DNA of 64,000 nt from Promethearchaeota archaeon (GTDB lineage Archaea; Asgardarchaeota; Lokiarchaeia; Sigyniarchaeales; SOKP01). This document shows, in pieces, positions 1 to 8,780 of the stretch (position 1 is its first letter; each line of letters begins with the position of its first letter). The position numbers and the translations under genes were made by a program. The notes under the pieces were generated by a model. The model saw only the letters and a list, made by a program, of their open reading frames with translations, did not search any database and was not told where the DNA came from. Location: positions 1-64,000 of the forward strand of contig JAFGGO010000158.1 of assembly GCA_016930515.1 (NCBI GenBank). Reading direction: 5' to 3'.

Positions 1-192
1 ATATTTTAAGAATAAGATCGATAAATCCAAAATATAATAAATCAAAAAAACGACAGACGATATCAACAGGGAGGTCCTAAGGAGAAGTGAGATTAAATAA
101 GTGTGGGCGTAAAAATAACCAAAAAAGGATCCCAAAAAAAAAGAGATAAAAACCTTTATTTTTTTATTCTTTTCTACGATAGAAGCACATTG

Positions 193-852
193 CTAAAGGG
201 TCCCTAATAAAATTGACACCAGCAACGTAACCACGCCCGCAATAATGAGGTGTATGGCATACCTCGCTTTTCCTCCACCAGAGATGCTTCCCAGAAAAAT
301 ACCCAAGTATATAAGAAGGCTCAAAAGAATACTATATGATATTACAAAATGTGTGATATTTAATGCCGTTCCAAAGAAGAAAGGAATTAAAGGTAGTGCT
401 GATCCTATGACGGGTGCGCCTCCGTCAACTAAAGAGGCAATTATAGTAGCAAAATCTTCAGATTTTTCTATAATCGTCTTATTTTTTTTTCTTTCCTTTT
501 TAGGAAGAAGGTCATTTTCTTCGTCTTGTGGATCCATTGCCATTGCTTTTTTCAAGTCGAAGATCTTTTTTTTTCGTTCTGCCTCTTCTGATAAAAAAGC
601 CCCCCATAATCCACTAATACCTATTGCCAAAGCAGTGGCAAAACCCGTTATGAGGATGTTGGTCAGCGAAGCTAGTTTTGGGGTTGTAAGGAATAATATA
701 AAAAAACCACTGATAATTCCAGCAGAAGTTAAAGCACCATCAAAACAATTATTAAAAAATTTTCTTCTAGCAATAATTGGTAAATCAGCCATGTCAGAAT
801 ATTGTTTCCACTTATGCTTTTTTTCAGAAAACCAATTTTTCATTCCTATCAC
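193..852 (-). CDS. VIT1/CCC1-family (TIGR00267-like) membrane transporter
   Basis: ARRKFFNNCFDGALT, AIGISGLWGAFLSEEAE and LPLIPFF motifs with ~5 TM helices, typical of archaeal VIT-family proteins. Confidence 0.75.
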   Translation of the reverse strand: MIGMKNWFSEKKHKWKQYSDMADLPIIARRKFFNNCFDGALTSAGIISGFFILFLTTPKLASLTNILITGFATALAIGISGLWGAFLSEEAERKKKIFDLKKAMAMDPQDEENDLLPKKERKKNKTIIEKSEDFATIIASLVDGGAPVIGSALPLIPFFFGTALNITHFVISYSILLSLLIYLGIFLGSISGGGKARYAIHLIIAGVVTLLVSILLGTL

Positions 853-870
853 GCCATTTGAATTTCCAAT

Positions 871-1533
871 TTATTTATCAGAGAGGACTGGTCGCATTCT
901 CTCTCTTTGCTCTAACTTGCTTGATAACTTTTTTTTCAACTCTAAGAGTTCTATTTCATGTTGCTGGATTAAGGCAAGGTCTTTTAATATGTCCTCTCTG
1001 TCTCGGAGTATGGTTTCAGACATAATTGTGATGTTATCGTTCAACTTTTGAATTTTTTTCTTGGGCTTTTTTGCTTTTATTGATTTAATATAGTTTGATT
1101 GTTTTTTGCTTAACTCAATTCTCTCTTTAGCAGTATAAATCGTTTCGTAAGCAGTTTTTAATCTTTCCTTGGAAATTTTAAATTCTTTTTCAGCTATTTC
1201 TAATTGAGTTTCTGCTATTTGAATTTGAACCTCCGAAAGAATATTAAAATACTTAAAAATATTTCTTTCAATCTCTATTTCTTCTTTAGGAAATTCTAAA
1301 TCGTTTTTTTTAAATAATTCGAGTTTTTGTTCTACAAGATCTTGCAAATCATTGGAAAATTCTTTTCTCTTTCGATTCAAGCTAAAATCTTTATGAGCTA
1401 GTTCTTTCCTAACTTTTGCCCGTTTAAACTCGGATATACCAATAGTATTTAATTTTTCTCCCATTTCCTTTTCTTTTAAACCTAATTCTAGGTTTATTTT
1501 TGCCTCTAATTCGATCTTGCTTAAATCTTCCAT
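871..1533 (-). CDS. Hypothetical coiled-coil protein
   Basis: 220 aa, K/E-rich heptad pattern; AGGAG SD-like motif upstream; co-oriented with and 19 bp from the VIT gene. Confidence 0.6.
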   Translation of the reverse strand: MEDLSKIELEAKINLELGLKEKEMGEKLNTIGISEFKRAKVRKELAHKDFSLNRKRKEFSNDLQDLVEQKLELFKKNDLEFPKEEIEIERNIFKYFNILSEVQIQIAETQLEIAEKEFKISKERLKTAYETIYTAKERIELSKKQSNYIKSIKAKKPKKKIQKLNDNITIMSETILRDREDILKDLALIQQHEIELLELKKKLSSKLEQRERMRPVLSDK

Positions 1534-2168
1534 GGTACTTTCTCCTGATATCTATTTTTCATTTAAAAATTCTTTTATATTAATTATTCTATTGTGAACA
1601 TAAATCTTTCCGTGACAATTCATAAATCTTTACAAGATTACTACTCTTATTGCTCTTTCTTAGTTTTAAAAGCTTTCAATCAATAAAATAGCCTTTTTTC
1701 TCAAATAACTAATTATTAGAATTGATAATATCTATTAGTTGCAAATTATTCAATTATCTTCTTAATTGGCTAAAAGGTCGTTTAGATCTTTTAAATCCTA
1801 ACTTGAATTACTCCTCAGGAATAAAAGTTCCTTGAAAACGATTAAATAAATCAAAATTAGTGAAACTAATCTTTAATCAAATACAAAAACTCAAAATGAC
1901 TTTTCCATTACTATAAGGAGCTATGGGAGGATACCAAATTATGATGAAAATTTAATAACGATGCGTTTTACTTTTAGATTGTAAAGATTAAATGGTCAGA
2001 ATACATTACTATTATAAAGTAAATGGTAAGAAAGACCAAATTATTGAGGTTATTATAACTATCAGATTACTCTTAAAATAATGTTGTTAAATACAAGAGC
2101 GAATCGGTTTTTAGTTAACGACTTTTATCAGAAAGAATAGGGTCTAATTAGGCGTCGAGGTGCTACGG

Positions 2169-3206
2169 ATGGCTGAAAAAGAAGAATATGATTTCGCAAA
2201 AATGACGGTCAAGCAATTAAGGGAGTTTAGCTCAAAAAACCATATCAAAATCCCTTCTGACAAGAAAAAAAAGGCCGATATCATTGCATTTTTGGAATCA
2301 ATCGTTTCGCACCCTGAATTTACCGATCGCTCTCAAGAGGAAGTTGAAGAACAGTTAGAAGAGGAGCTCGTAGCCGGGTTTGAAGATGAAGAAGAAGATT
2401 TCGATCCAGCACTCGAGAACAAGGAAAAATTGGAGCTTAAGTTTTGGCAACAACCCCCCTATTCGAGCCTTCTTGACCCGGAAGTTGCCAAGGAATCGAA
2501 AGTAGCATTTTACGACTTGTCAACCTTAGTAGATAAGTTCTTCGATAACATGCTACACGAAGATATCATCAATTATAAAGTCTCGGGGATCGCTCTCAAG
2601 ACCTCTGCGAGCCTCCATCACTATAAAATATCTTCGATCATACGAGAGGAAGAGCAAATTCAAAAAAAAGAAGAGCTTGAAAAATTTCGGGAAAGACACT
2701 CTCGAACCATCCCAAAATCCCTCCCTCAACCAATCCAACCAAAAATGCAAATTGCCACGAAAGACGAACTTTTTGACGCAATGAGGTCGGCAATCATCGA
2801 AACCATGCAGAAAAAGGAAAAGTTGCGAAGAAGAAGGGAGCGAAAGGAACAATTGAAAAACCAGAAATTACAACTTAAATCCAAGGCCAAGCTTCCAAAA
2901 GAACTTTTGAAGCATATTAGCGGCAAGGAACAAACAGTTGAGGAATTACACGAATCCTGGCTCAATAGGATCAAAGCCTCCTCCAAATTAGAGGGAAAAA
3001 GCGAGACGAGTTTCTACGACATGGCAAGGATCATAAAAACAGAAGAAGGAACTGGTATCGGACGGAAATTCGCGTTTGTAAGAATGTTCTTGGCGTTAAT
3101 GTTTTTATCAACAGCTGGTTCAAGTGGTACGGGAAAACTTACCACTGACATCGAGTTAAGTCAGGATGACGATTTTCAAGACATTCATATCAAATTAAAA
3201 CAATAA
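2169..3206 (+). CDS. scpA: Kleisin ScpA with N-terminal HeH/Rho_N-like extension
   Basis: Kleisin-like N-domain (YDLSTLVDKF...SGIALKTSASLHHYK) and C-terminal wH (FLALMFLS...IELSQDDDFQDIHI); directly upstream of scpB; GAGGTG SD before ATG 2169 (the ORF track starts at GTG 2160). Confidence 0.8.
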   Translation: MAEKEEYDFAKMTVKQLREFSSKNHIKIPSDKKKKADIIAFLESIVSHPEFTDRSQEEVEEQLEEELVAGFEDEEEDFDPALENKEKLELKFWQQPPYSSLLDPEVAKESKVAFYDLSTLVDKFFDNMLHEDIINYKVSGIALKTSASLHHYKISSIIREEEQIQKKEELEKFRERHSRTIPKSLPQPIQPKMQIATKDELFDAMRSAIIETMQKKEKLRRRRERKEQLKNQKLQLKSKAKLPKELLKHISGKEQTVEELHESWLNRIKASSKLEGKSETSFYDMARIIKTEEGTGIGRKFAFVRMFLALMFLSTAGSSGTGKLTTDIELSQDDDFQDIHIKLKQ

Positions 3207-3227
3207 ATTTTTTACGAGATTTTTATC

Positions 3228-4085
3228 GTGACGGAGTTCGACGAAGAATTGCGAGAAGAAGAAGATAATAAGAAAGACAAAGAAGGAAGTTTTGAAGAAG
3301 AGCATCTGGAAGGAGAATTATCTGAGGAAGATAATATTGAAGAAGAAAAAGATGAAGAACTTGGAGATCTGGAATCCAATTTTGAAGAGGATGGGAACGA
3401 AGAAAACGAAGAGACCCAAGATGATTTTATTGAAGACGAATTAGTCTTAGAAGAAAGCGGAACAACTGAAGATTCCAATCTAGAAGGAGAATCCATTCCA
3501 GTCGTTCAAAAAGTCCCGGATCGCGAACTTACCAAGGAAGAGCTCGAGCAGGAGATAAGAAAATTCAGCAAGAATTCCATCGAAGCAGCACTATATGCCG
3601 CAGGAAAGCCTCTCGATGTGGAGATCTTATCGACAAAACTTGAAATCCCCAAAAAAGAGGTATCAGAGCTCATTATCGAGCTTGCTTTGGAATATTTGGA
3701 ACGAGATTCGGCATTAATCATTAATCAAATAGGTGAAAGCTTTCAAATGGCAATAAAAAGCGAATATGTGGAAAAAGTATCGAAATTCGCACAAGGTGGG
3801 GCCATTGCCGAGCGATATCTGCGAACCTTGACCATCATTGCCCTGAAACAACCAATTCTAAAGTCAACTGTCATAAAATTGAGAGGTTCGGGTGCCTACG
3901 AGCATATTAAATTTTTATTAGATAACGATTTTATTGAAGCTTCAAAAAAAGGTCGTTCTCACGAGCTCATGACGACCGACAAGTATGCCGAGATGTTTGG
4001 GCTTCCAAAAGATAAAAACGAAATGAAAAAAGTCATGATCGAACAATTGGGTATGGGGAATATCGCAAAAGAAGGTGGAGATTAA
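3228..4085 (+). CDS. scpB: Segregation/condensation protein ScpB with acidic N-terminal extension
   Basis: IEAALYAAGKPL, LRTLTIIALKQPI, RGSGAYEHIKFL and TTDKYAEMFGL motifs. Confidence 0.92.
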   Translation: MTEFDEELREEEDNKKDKEGSFEEEHLEGELSEEDNIEEEKDEELGDLESNFEEDGNEENEETQDDFIEDELVLEESGTTEDSNLEGESIPVVQKVPDRELTKEELEQEIRKFSKNSIEAALYAAGKPLDVEILSTKLEIPKKEVSELIIELALEYLERDSALIINQIGESFQMAIKSEYVEKVSKFAQGGAIAERYLRTLTIIALKQPILKSTVIKLRGSGAYEHIKFLLDNDFIEASKKGRSHELMTTDKYAEMFGLPKDKNEMKKVMIEQLGMGNIAKEGGD

Positions 4086-6689
4086 TTACTTGTAAAAATA
4101 CAAGGTCATTTCTAACTCTTCCACGACCTTCTTGAGATCGGGCTCTTGTTTGATAGTTTTTTCTTTTGAAGGGTCCATCACATCTAATTTATCGATCCTT
4201 ATCGTTTTTTTAATGTCTATCTTCATGTTTTCAAGACCAACTATCCGGTCTTTCTTAACAAATATTATGACGCGTGATACATCCTCTCCTAAAGGAATTT
4301 TCAACGACGATTTTATGGATCGCAACTCTTTTATGACAGATAGTGCTTCATTACCTTCTAATGCTCGTTCATCTGAGAGGTTATCGTACGCTTTCGGCCA
4401 CTTGTCGAGATGAATCGATTTGAGTCCTGTAAATTGCTGAAACATTATCGAGTGAATTTCTTCTGTAATGAATGGCATGAAAATTGCAAATATCTTCAAT
4501 AAATTGAAAAACAGGTTTAATGCGATTTTCAGGGACGTCTGGCGCGTTTCCTCCTCTTCTGCGTTCAACCTGTACTTGATAGCTTCGATGTAATTATCGC
4601 ATACCTCGTTCCAGAAAAAAGGTCGCAAGAGTGCAAATCCCTCGTGCCAGTTATATTCGTCAAAGTATCTCGTTATTGCCTCTAATTTTTTGTTAAACTC
4701 AGAATAGATGTAATGATCAATAGAATTCATGTTCATTTCGCCAAGATTGATCTCTTTCAGGTTCACCTTATCCAAGTTCATTTTCATTAACCTGTAAGCG
4801 TTCCATACCTTTGTCAAGAGTCGCGAGGCACCAGTGAGTTGCTCATAGTTTCTCCTGTATTTGTTATAGAACTTTTTTGGGGGTAAATTTTTCATCTCCT
4901 TCAAGATGACCTCTTCTTTGACTGGTTGCTTGGATTGAATGTTTATCCACGTGTATTCGAAGGGATAATCGTCCCCTAAGGATCCCATGGCTGCCCACTG
5001 CCTGATGGCGTCTGCTCCGAACTCGGGCATGACTTCATCAGGAGATACTATGTTTCCGAAGCTTTTCGACATCTTCCTCCCATCCGGTCCCGCGACCATG
5101 CCGTTGATCATGGTTTCGGCAAAAGGGGCTTTATCGGTCAACTTCTTGCATCGAAATAAAGTGTAAAAAAGCCATGTTCTTATGATCTCGTATCCCTGAG
5201 GTCTATGAACTAATGCGTTAGTGTATGCCTTTTTAAAGAAATCCTCGTCCTCTAACCATTTTGCTATGGCTAGCGGCGTGATGCTTGAGTCTATCCAACA
5301 ATCGCAAATGTCCTTTTCCCCCTTTAAGTTCTTGCTCTTGCATTTGGGGCATTCGTTTATTGGCGGGGGGGTTTTTAAAGGATCAAGTGGCAAGTCCTTT
5401 TCGTTTGGTGGAATGATTTCGCCACACTTAACACAATACCAAAACGGAATGGGTGTTCCGAAGACGCGCTGTCGAGAAATAACCCAATTCCAATCCAATC
5501 CCTTACACCAATCGATTAATCTTTGCTTGTGCTTTTCGGGGTACCACTTCATTGCTTCACCCGATTCTATGATTTCTTCGGTAAAATCCTTAACATTAAT
5601 AAACCATTGGTATACAGGTAAGAATTCGATGGGTTTCCTGCACGAAGAGCGTTCGGAATGGACAACGATTCTATGGTCGTGATTCTTGATGTCTTCTAAA
5701 TAACCAGCGTCTTCGAGATCTTTCACTATCTGTTCTCGAGCTTCGAGAATGGTCATGCCCTTATACCTCGAATTCTCGTTCATGTGCCCGTCCTCAGTAA
5801 AAATCTGGATCTCGTCGAGATTGTATTCTAACTTCCATTTAATGTCCGTTTCGTCCCCGTATGTGCAGCAATACACGATACCCGTTCCGAAGTTCATGTC
5901 GACATTACTATCTGTTTCAACTCTTACGGTGCGGTTCGTAAACGGTATTTCGATTTCAGCAGCGGAAAGGTGGTAGTATCTCTCGTCGTTTGGGTGAATG
6001 AACACGCCAACGCATGCCTCCAAGTATTCTGGCCTGGTAGTTGCTATGGTAATATGCTCTCCATTGTTCCTTCCAACAATGGGTAGTTTTAGGAACCATA
6101 ATTTTCCGTGTTCGTCTTGATAACTCACTTCTGCCTTGGCAACCGATGTTTCGCAATTCACGCAGAAATGCGTTGGAAATTTCTCCCTGTAAAGCCATCC
6201 TTGTTTATAAAAGTAAAGCAAGGACCATTGAACCTTGTATTTGTAATTATCATTCATGGTTCTATAGGTATGATTCCAGTCGGTAGAGTATCCCAAATCG
6301 TCGAATTGTTTTGTCATGTTGTTTATGTTTTTCTCAACCCACTCGTGACATTTTGCTAGAAATTCGTCGCGATCGTATTTCGAAACGCCATAGTTTTTCT
6401 CGACGGCTAGTTCGACTGGGAGACCGTGACAGTCAAATCCTTGGGGGAAATACACGTTCTTTCCTTTCATCTTGTTGTAGCGTGCAACAAAATCTATCCA
6501 AGAATGGTTGAGAACGTGTCCTAAATGGAGTGTCCCGCTCACAAAAGGCGGGGGGGTGTCCATCGTGAAAACCTTACCTCTTTTCTTGGGATTAAACGAG
6601 TAGATCTTTTCTTTTTTCCAGTAATCGATCCATTTCTTTTGGACATCTGTAAATTTATATCGCTTAGGGTATGTGCTTTCTTGTGCCAT
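4086..6689 (-). CDS. valS: Valyl-tRNA synthetase (archaeal type)
   Basis: DTPPPFVSGTLHLGH (HIGH), GFDCHGLP, ATTRPE, WVISRQRVFGTPIP, KMSKS. Confidence 0.95.
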   Translation of the reverse strand: MAQESTYPKRYKFTDVQKKWIDYWKKEKIYSFNPKKRGKVFTMDTPPPFVSGTLHLGHVLNHSWIDFVARYNKMKGKNVYFPQGFDCHGLPVELAVEKNYGVSKYDRDEFLAKCHEWVEKNINNMTKQFDDLGYSTDWNHTYRTMNDNYKYKVQWSLLYFYKQGWLYREKFPTHFCVNCETSVAKAEVSYQDEHGKLWFLKLPIVGRNNGEHITIATTRPEYLEACVGVFIHPNDERYYHLSAAEIEIPFTNRTVRVETDSNVDMNFGTGIVYCCTYGDETDIKWKLEYNLDEIQIFTEDGHMNENSRYKGMTILEAREQIVKDLEDAGYLEDIKNHDHRIVVHSERSSCRKPIEFLPVYQWFINVKDFTEEIIESGEAMKWYPEKHKQRLIDWCKGLDWNWVISRQRVFGTPIPFWYCVKCGEIIPPNEKDLPLDPLKTPPPINECPKCKSKNLKGEKDICDCWIDSSITPLAIAKWLEDEDFFKKAYTNALVHRPQGYEIIRTWLFYTLFRCKKLTDKAPFAETMINGMVAGPDGRKMSKSFGNIVSPDEVMPEFGADAIRQWAAMGSLGDDYPFEYTWINIQSKQPVKEEVILKEMKNLPPKKFYNKYRRNYEQLTGASRLLTKVWNAYRLMKMNLDKVNLKEINLGEMNMNSIDHYIYSEFNKKLEAITRYFDEYNWHEGFALLRPFFWNEVCDNYIEAIKYRLNAEEEETRQTSLKIALNLFFNLLKIFAIFMPFITEEIHSIMFQQFTGLKSIHLDKWPKAYDNLSDERALEGNEALSVIKELRSIKSSLKIPLGEDVSRVIIFVKKDRIVGLENMKIDIKKTIRIDKLDVMDPSKEKTIKQEPDLKKVVEELEMTLYFYK

Positions 6690-7062
6690 TTTCGATCAAC
6701 AATATTTTACTTATAGACAGGTAAAATTATCTGCACACTGCATAATGTGGGATGATTTTATAAATTTATTAAATATATTGGTTTTATTACTTTTAATCCG
6801 TACTGCGGGATGTTGATCTCCGTCTACTAAAGTTTTTCATTTTTAAAATTATTCTTATTGAACGCAAAAGTTGAGTAGGAAAAAAAAAGGAAAAATAGAT
6901 TGTTCAAAAATAATATAAAACATCTAAAGTTAAAAATTATTGCTATCTTAAATGAATGATATATAAATCTTCCTAAAATTTAAAGACAAATCCTTTTTGA
7001 GCGTAATATATCTCAATATTGCACCAGATTCCTTTACATGTTCTCTTTTTCGATTTTTTAAC

Positions 7063-7310
7063 ATGAATCTAATGTTTAAATTTAAAAAAATTACAGCTAT
7101 TGGTTCTTTTTCTTTATTATCCCTAGTATTGCTTTCTTAATTTCTAATGTTTAAGCGGCATCAGGGTATGGTGATTATCCTGGAACCTATAGCTTTAGGG
7201 AAGATGTAGTTGATAGGAATCAAAACGGTTGGAAAATAACTGAGATCCTTGGCACAATTAATGTACTTAACGAAACAGCAGGTCATCACATGATTGTTGA
7301 ATTTAATGAG
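7063..7310 (+). pseudogene. Probable degraded 5' remnant of a secreted-protein gene
   Basis: ATG 7063 gives MNLMFKFKKITAIGSFSLLSLVLLS* (signal-peptide-like). After a frameshift and an in-frame TAA it continues ..SNV*AASGYGDYPGTYSFREDVVDRNQNGWKITEILGTINVLNETAGHHMIVEFNE; coding-like composition within an AT-rich spacer. Confidence 0.4.
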
Positions 7311-7507
7311 CTCCATCTTCTACCTTATCGATGTCACAAACATTTATACCTATTAAAATATTTAAATCATTTTTTTTCTATATTTTTTCATCTAAATTTA
7401 TTGTTTTTTCAACATGTTTCAAATAAAGAGTTGAAAAGTAATTAATTCTTGAGTTTTTCTATTAAATTAATAACTTTACATCTTGCTCAGTTGATAAAAT
7501 AAACTTA

Positions 7508-7579
7508 TGGACCTGGCGGGAGTTGAACCCGCGGCCTCTTCGTTGCGAACGAAGCGATATGCTACTAATCCACAGGCCC
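7508..7579 (-). tRNA. tRNA-Ala(CGC), intronless, CCA not encoded
   Basis: Reverse complement GGGCCTG TG GATT AGTAGCA TATC G CTTCG TT-CGC-AA CGAAG AGGCC GCGGG TTCAACT CCCGC CAGGTCC A: cloverleaf, G3:U70 alanine identity pair, discriminator A. Confidence 0.95.
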
Positions 7580-7822
7580 ATCAATATGAATGATCGTATA
7601 ACTTTGTTAAATCGTGGAGTCTAAAAATATTTTATGCAATCAATTCAAAAAAAGAATTGAGGAAGTTCAAATAATGATCTTTATGATCAGAAATTAAGCC
7701 ATATTTGTGTAACAATAGCCCTTAACCTTTTATTTGTCGGAATATTAAATTACGCAGATTAGAAATTTTTAATACTATATTTTCCTGATAGGCTAAATCA
7801 AATAAAAAAATTGACCTAAAAG

Positions 7823-8764
7823 ATGATGGATAAATACAATTTTAAGGAACTTTTTAATCGAGCGTTAGTTAAAGATGCGTTTGATGAGGAAATTGCTATC
7901 GTATTATCAGGGCAATATGGAAGAGCTCTTGAATTATTACAAGATGCTGAAGCCACAGGTCTATTTCCAACGCTTGTAGGTCCTCCGGGTGTGGGAAAGA
8001 CGATATTATGTAGGTATTTTGCCAGTCTTCGGGCACAACAACAAAAAAACAAGAATTTTTACTGGCTTACGATGGATGAATCCATTAAACCCTCACATTT
8101 TCTTGGGAGTTTTGATCCAGCCATCACACTAAACAAGGGATTCGTGCTCGACGCGTTTAATCCTGGACCCTTATTGAGTGCTATGCTCGAAGGAGGCACT
8201 TTCTTGGCAAACGAGATTAATAGGGCGACGGAATACTCCCAGAATACATTATTAGAACCATTAGAAGAATCGTCGGTAAGCATCCCCCATTTAGGTCGGA
8301 TAAGGGCTGATAAAGACTTTTTTTTCATAAGTGCAATGAATCCAGAAGAATTGTCGGGAACTCACAGGTTATCTGAAGCGCTAAAGGATAGAATCAAGGT
8401 TTGGATTAAATTAACATATCCTGAAAAATCAACGGAATTGGACATCATAAGGGTTAATTTACCAGAACATTTTGCTATAGACGAATCGGAACTTGAATTA
8501 ATTTACTCAATAATAGATGAAACGAGAAAGAACAAGGTAGACATCGATGTTCCTGCATCCATCAGAGCGGGAATCGCCATTGCAAAACTATTAGGACGAA
8601 AAAGACAGATAGAACGGGAAAAGGGCGTCTCAGAAAAGGAATCCGTGTATGTATATCTATCTGAAATCGCCTCTCATGTTTTACTAGGGAGTATTAAACC
8701 CAAACCAGGAGTAAAGGCCCAAGACATCATTGATCGAATAATCAATAAAACCTTAGGAGCATGA
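7823..8764 (+). CDS. MoxR-family AAA+ ATPase (CoxD/GvpN/YehL-like clade)
   Basis: Walker A GPPGVGKT; variant Walker B FLANEINR; FNPGPL; SAMNP; LSEALKDR. Confidence 0.88.
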   Translation: MMDKYNFKELFNRALVKDAFDEEIAIVLSGQYGRALELLQDAEATGLFPTLVGPPGVGKTILCRYFASLRAQQQKNKNFYWLTMDESIKPSHFLGSFDPAITLNKGFVLDAFNPGPLLSAMLEGGTFLANEINRATEYSQNTLLEPLEESSVSIPHLGRIRADKDFFFISAMNPEELSGTHRLSEALKDRIKVWIKLTYPEKSTELDIIRVNLPEHFAIDESELELIYSIIDETRKNKVDIDVPASIRAGIAIAKLLGRKRQIEREKGVSEKESVYVYLSEIASHVLLGSIKPKPGVKAQDIIDRIINKTLGA

Positions 8765-8780
8765 TCATAGCGAGGCAAGG

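Noticed and set aside
245-1051. 268-aa + strand ORF (and 777..1025)
   Set aside because: Antisense shadow of the VIT and coiled-coil genes; S/F/I-rich composition typical of reverse-frame reads
1534-2159. AT-rich divergent spacer containing AAGGAG + a 10-codon ORF (MGGYQIMMKI, ~1923)
   Set aside because: Too short to support; no repeats or RNA structure recognised
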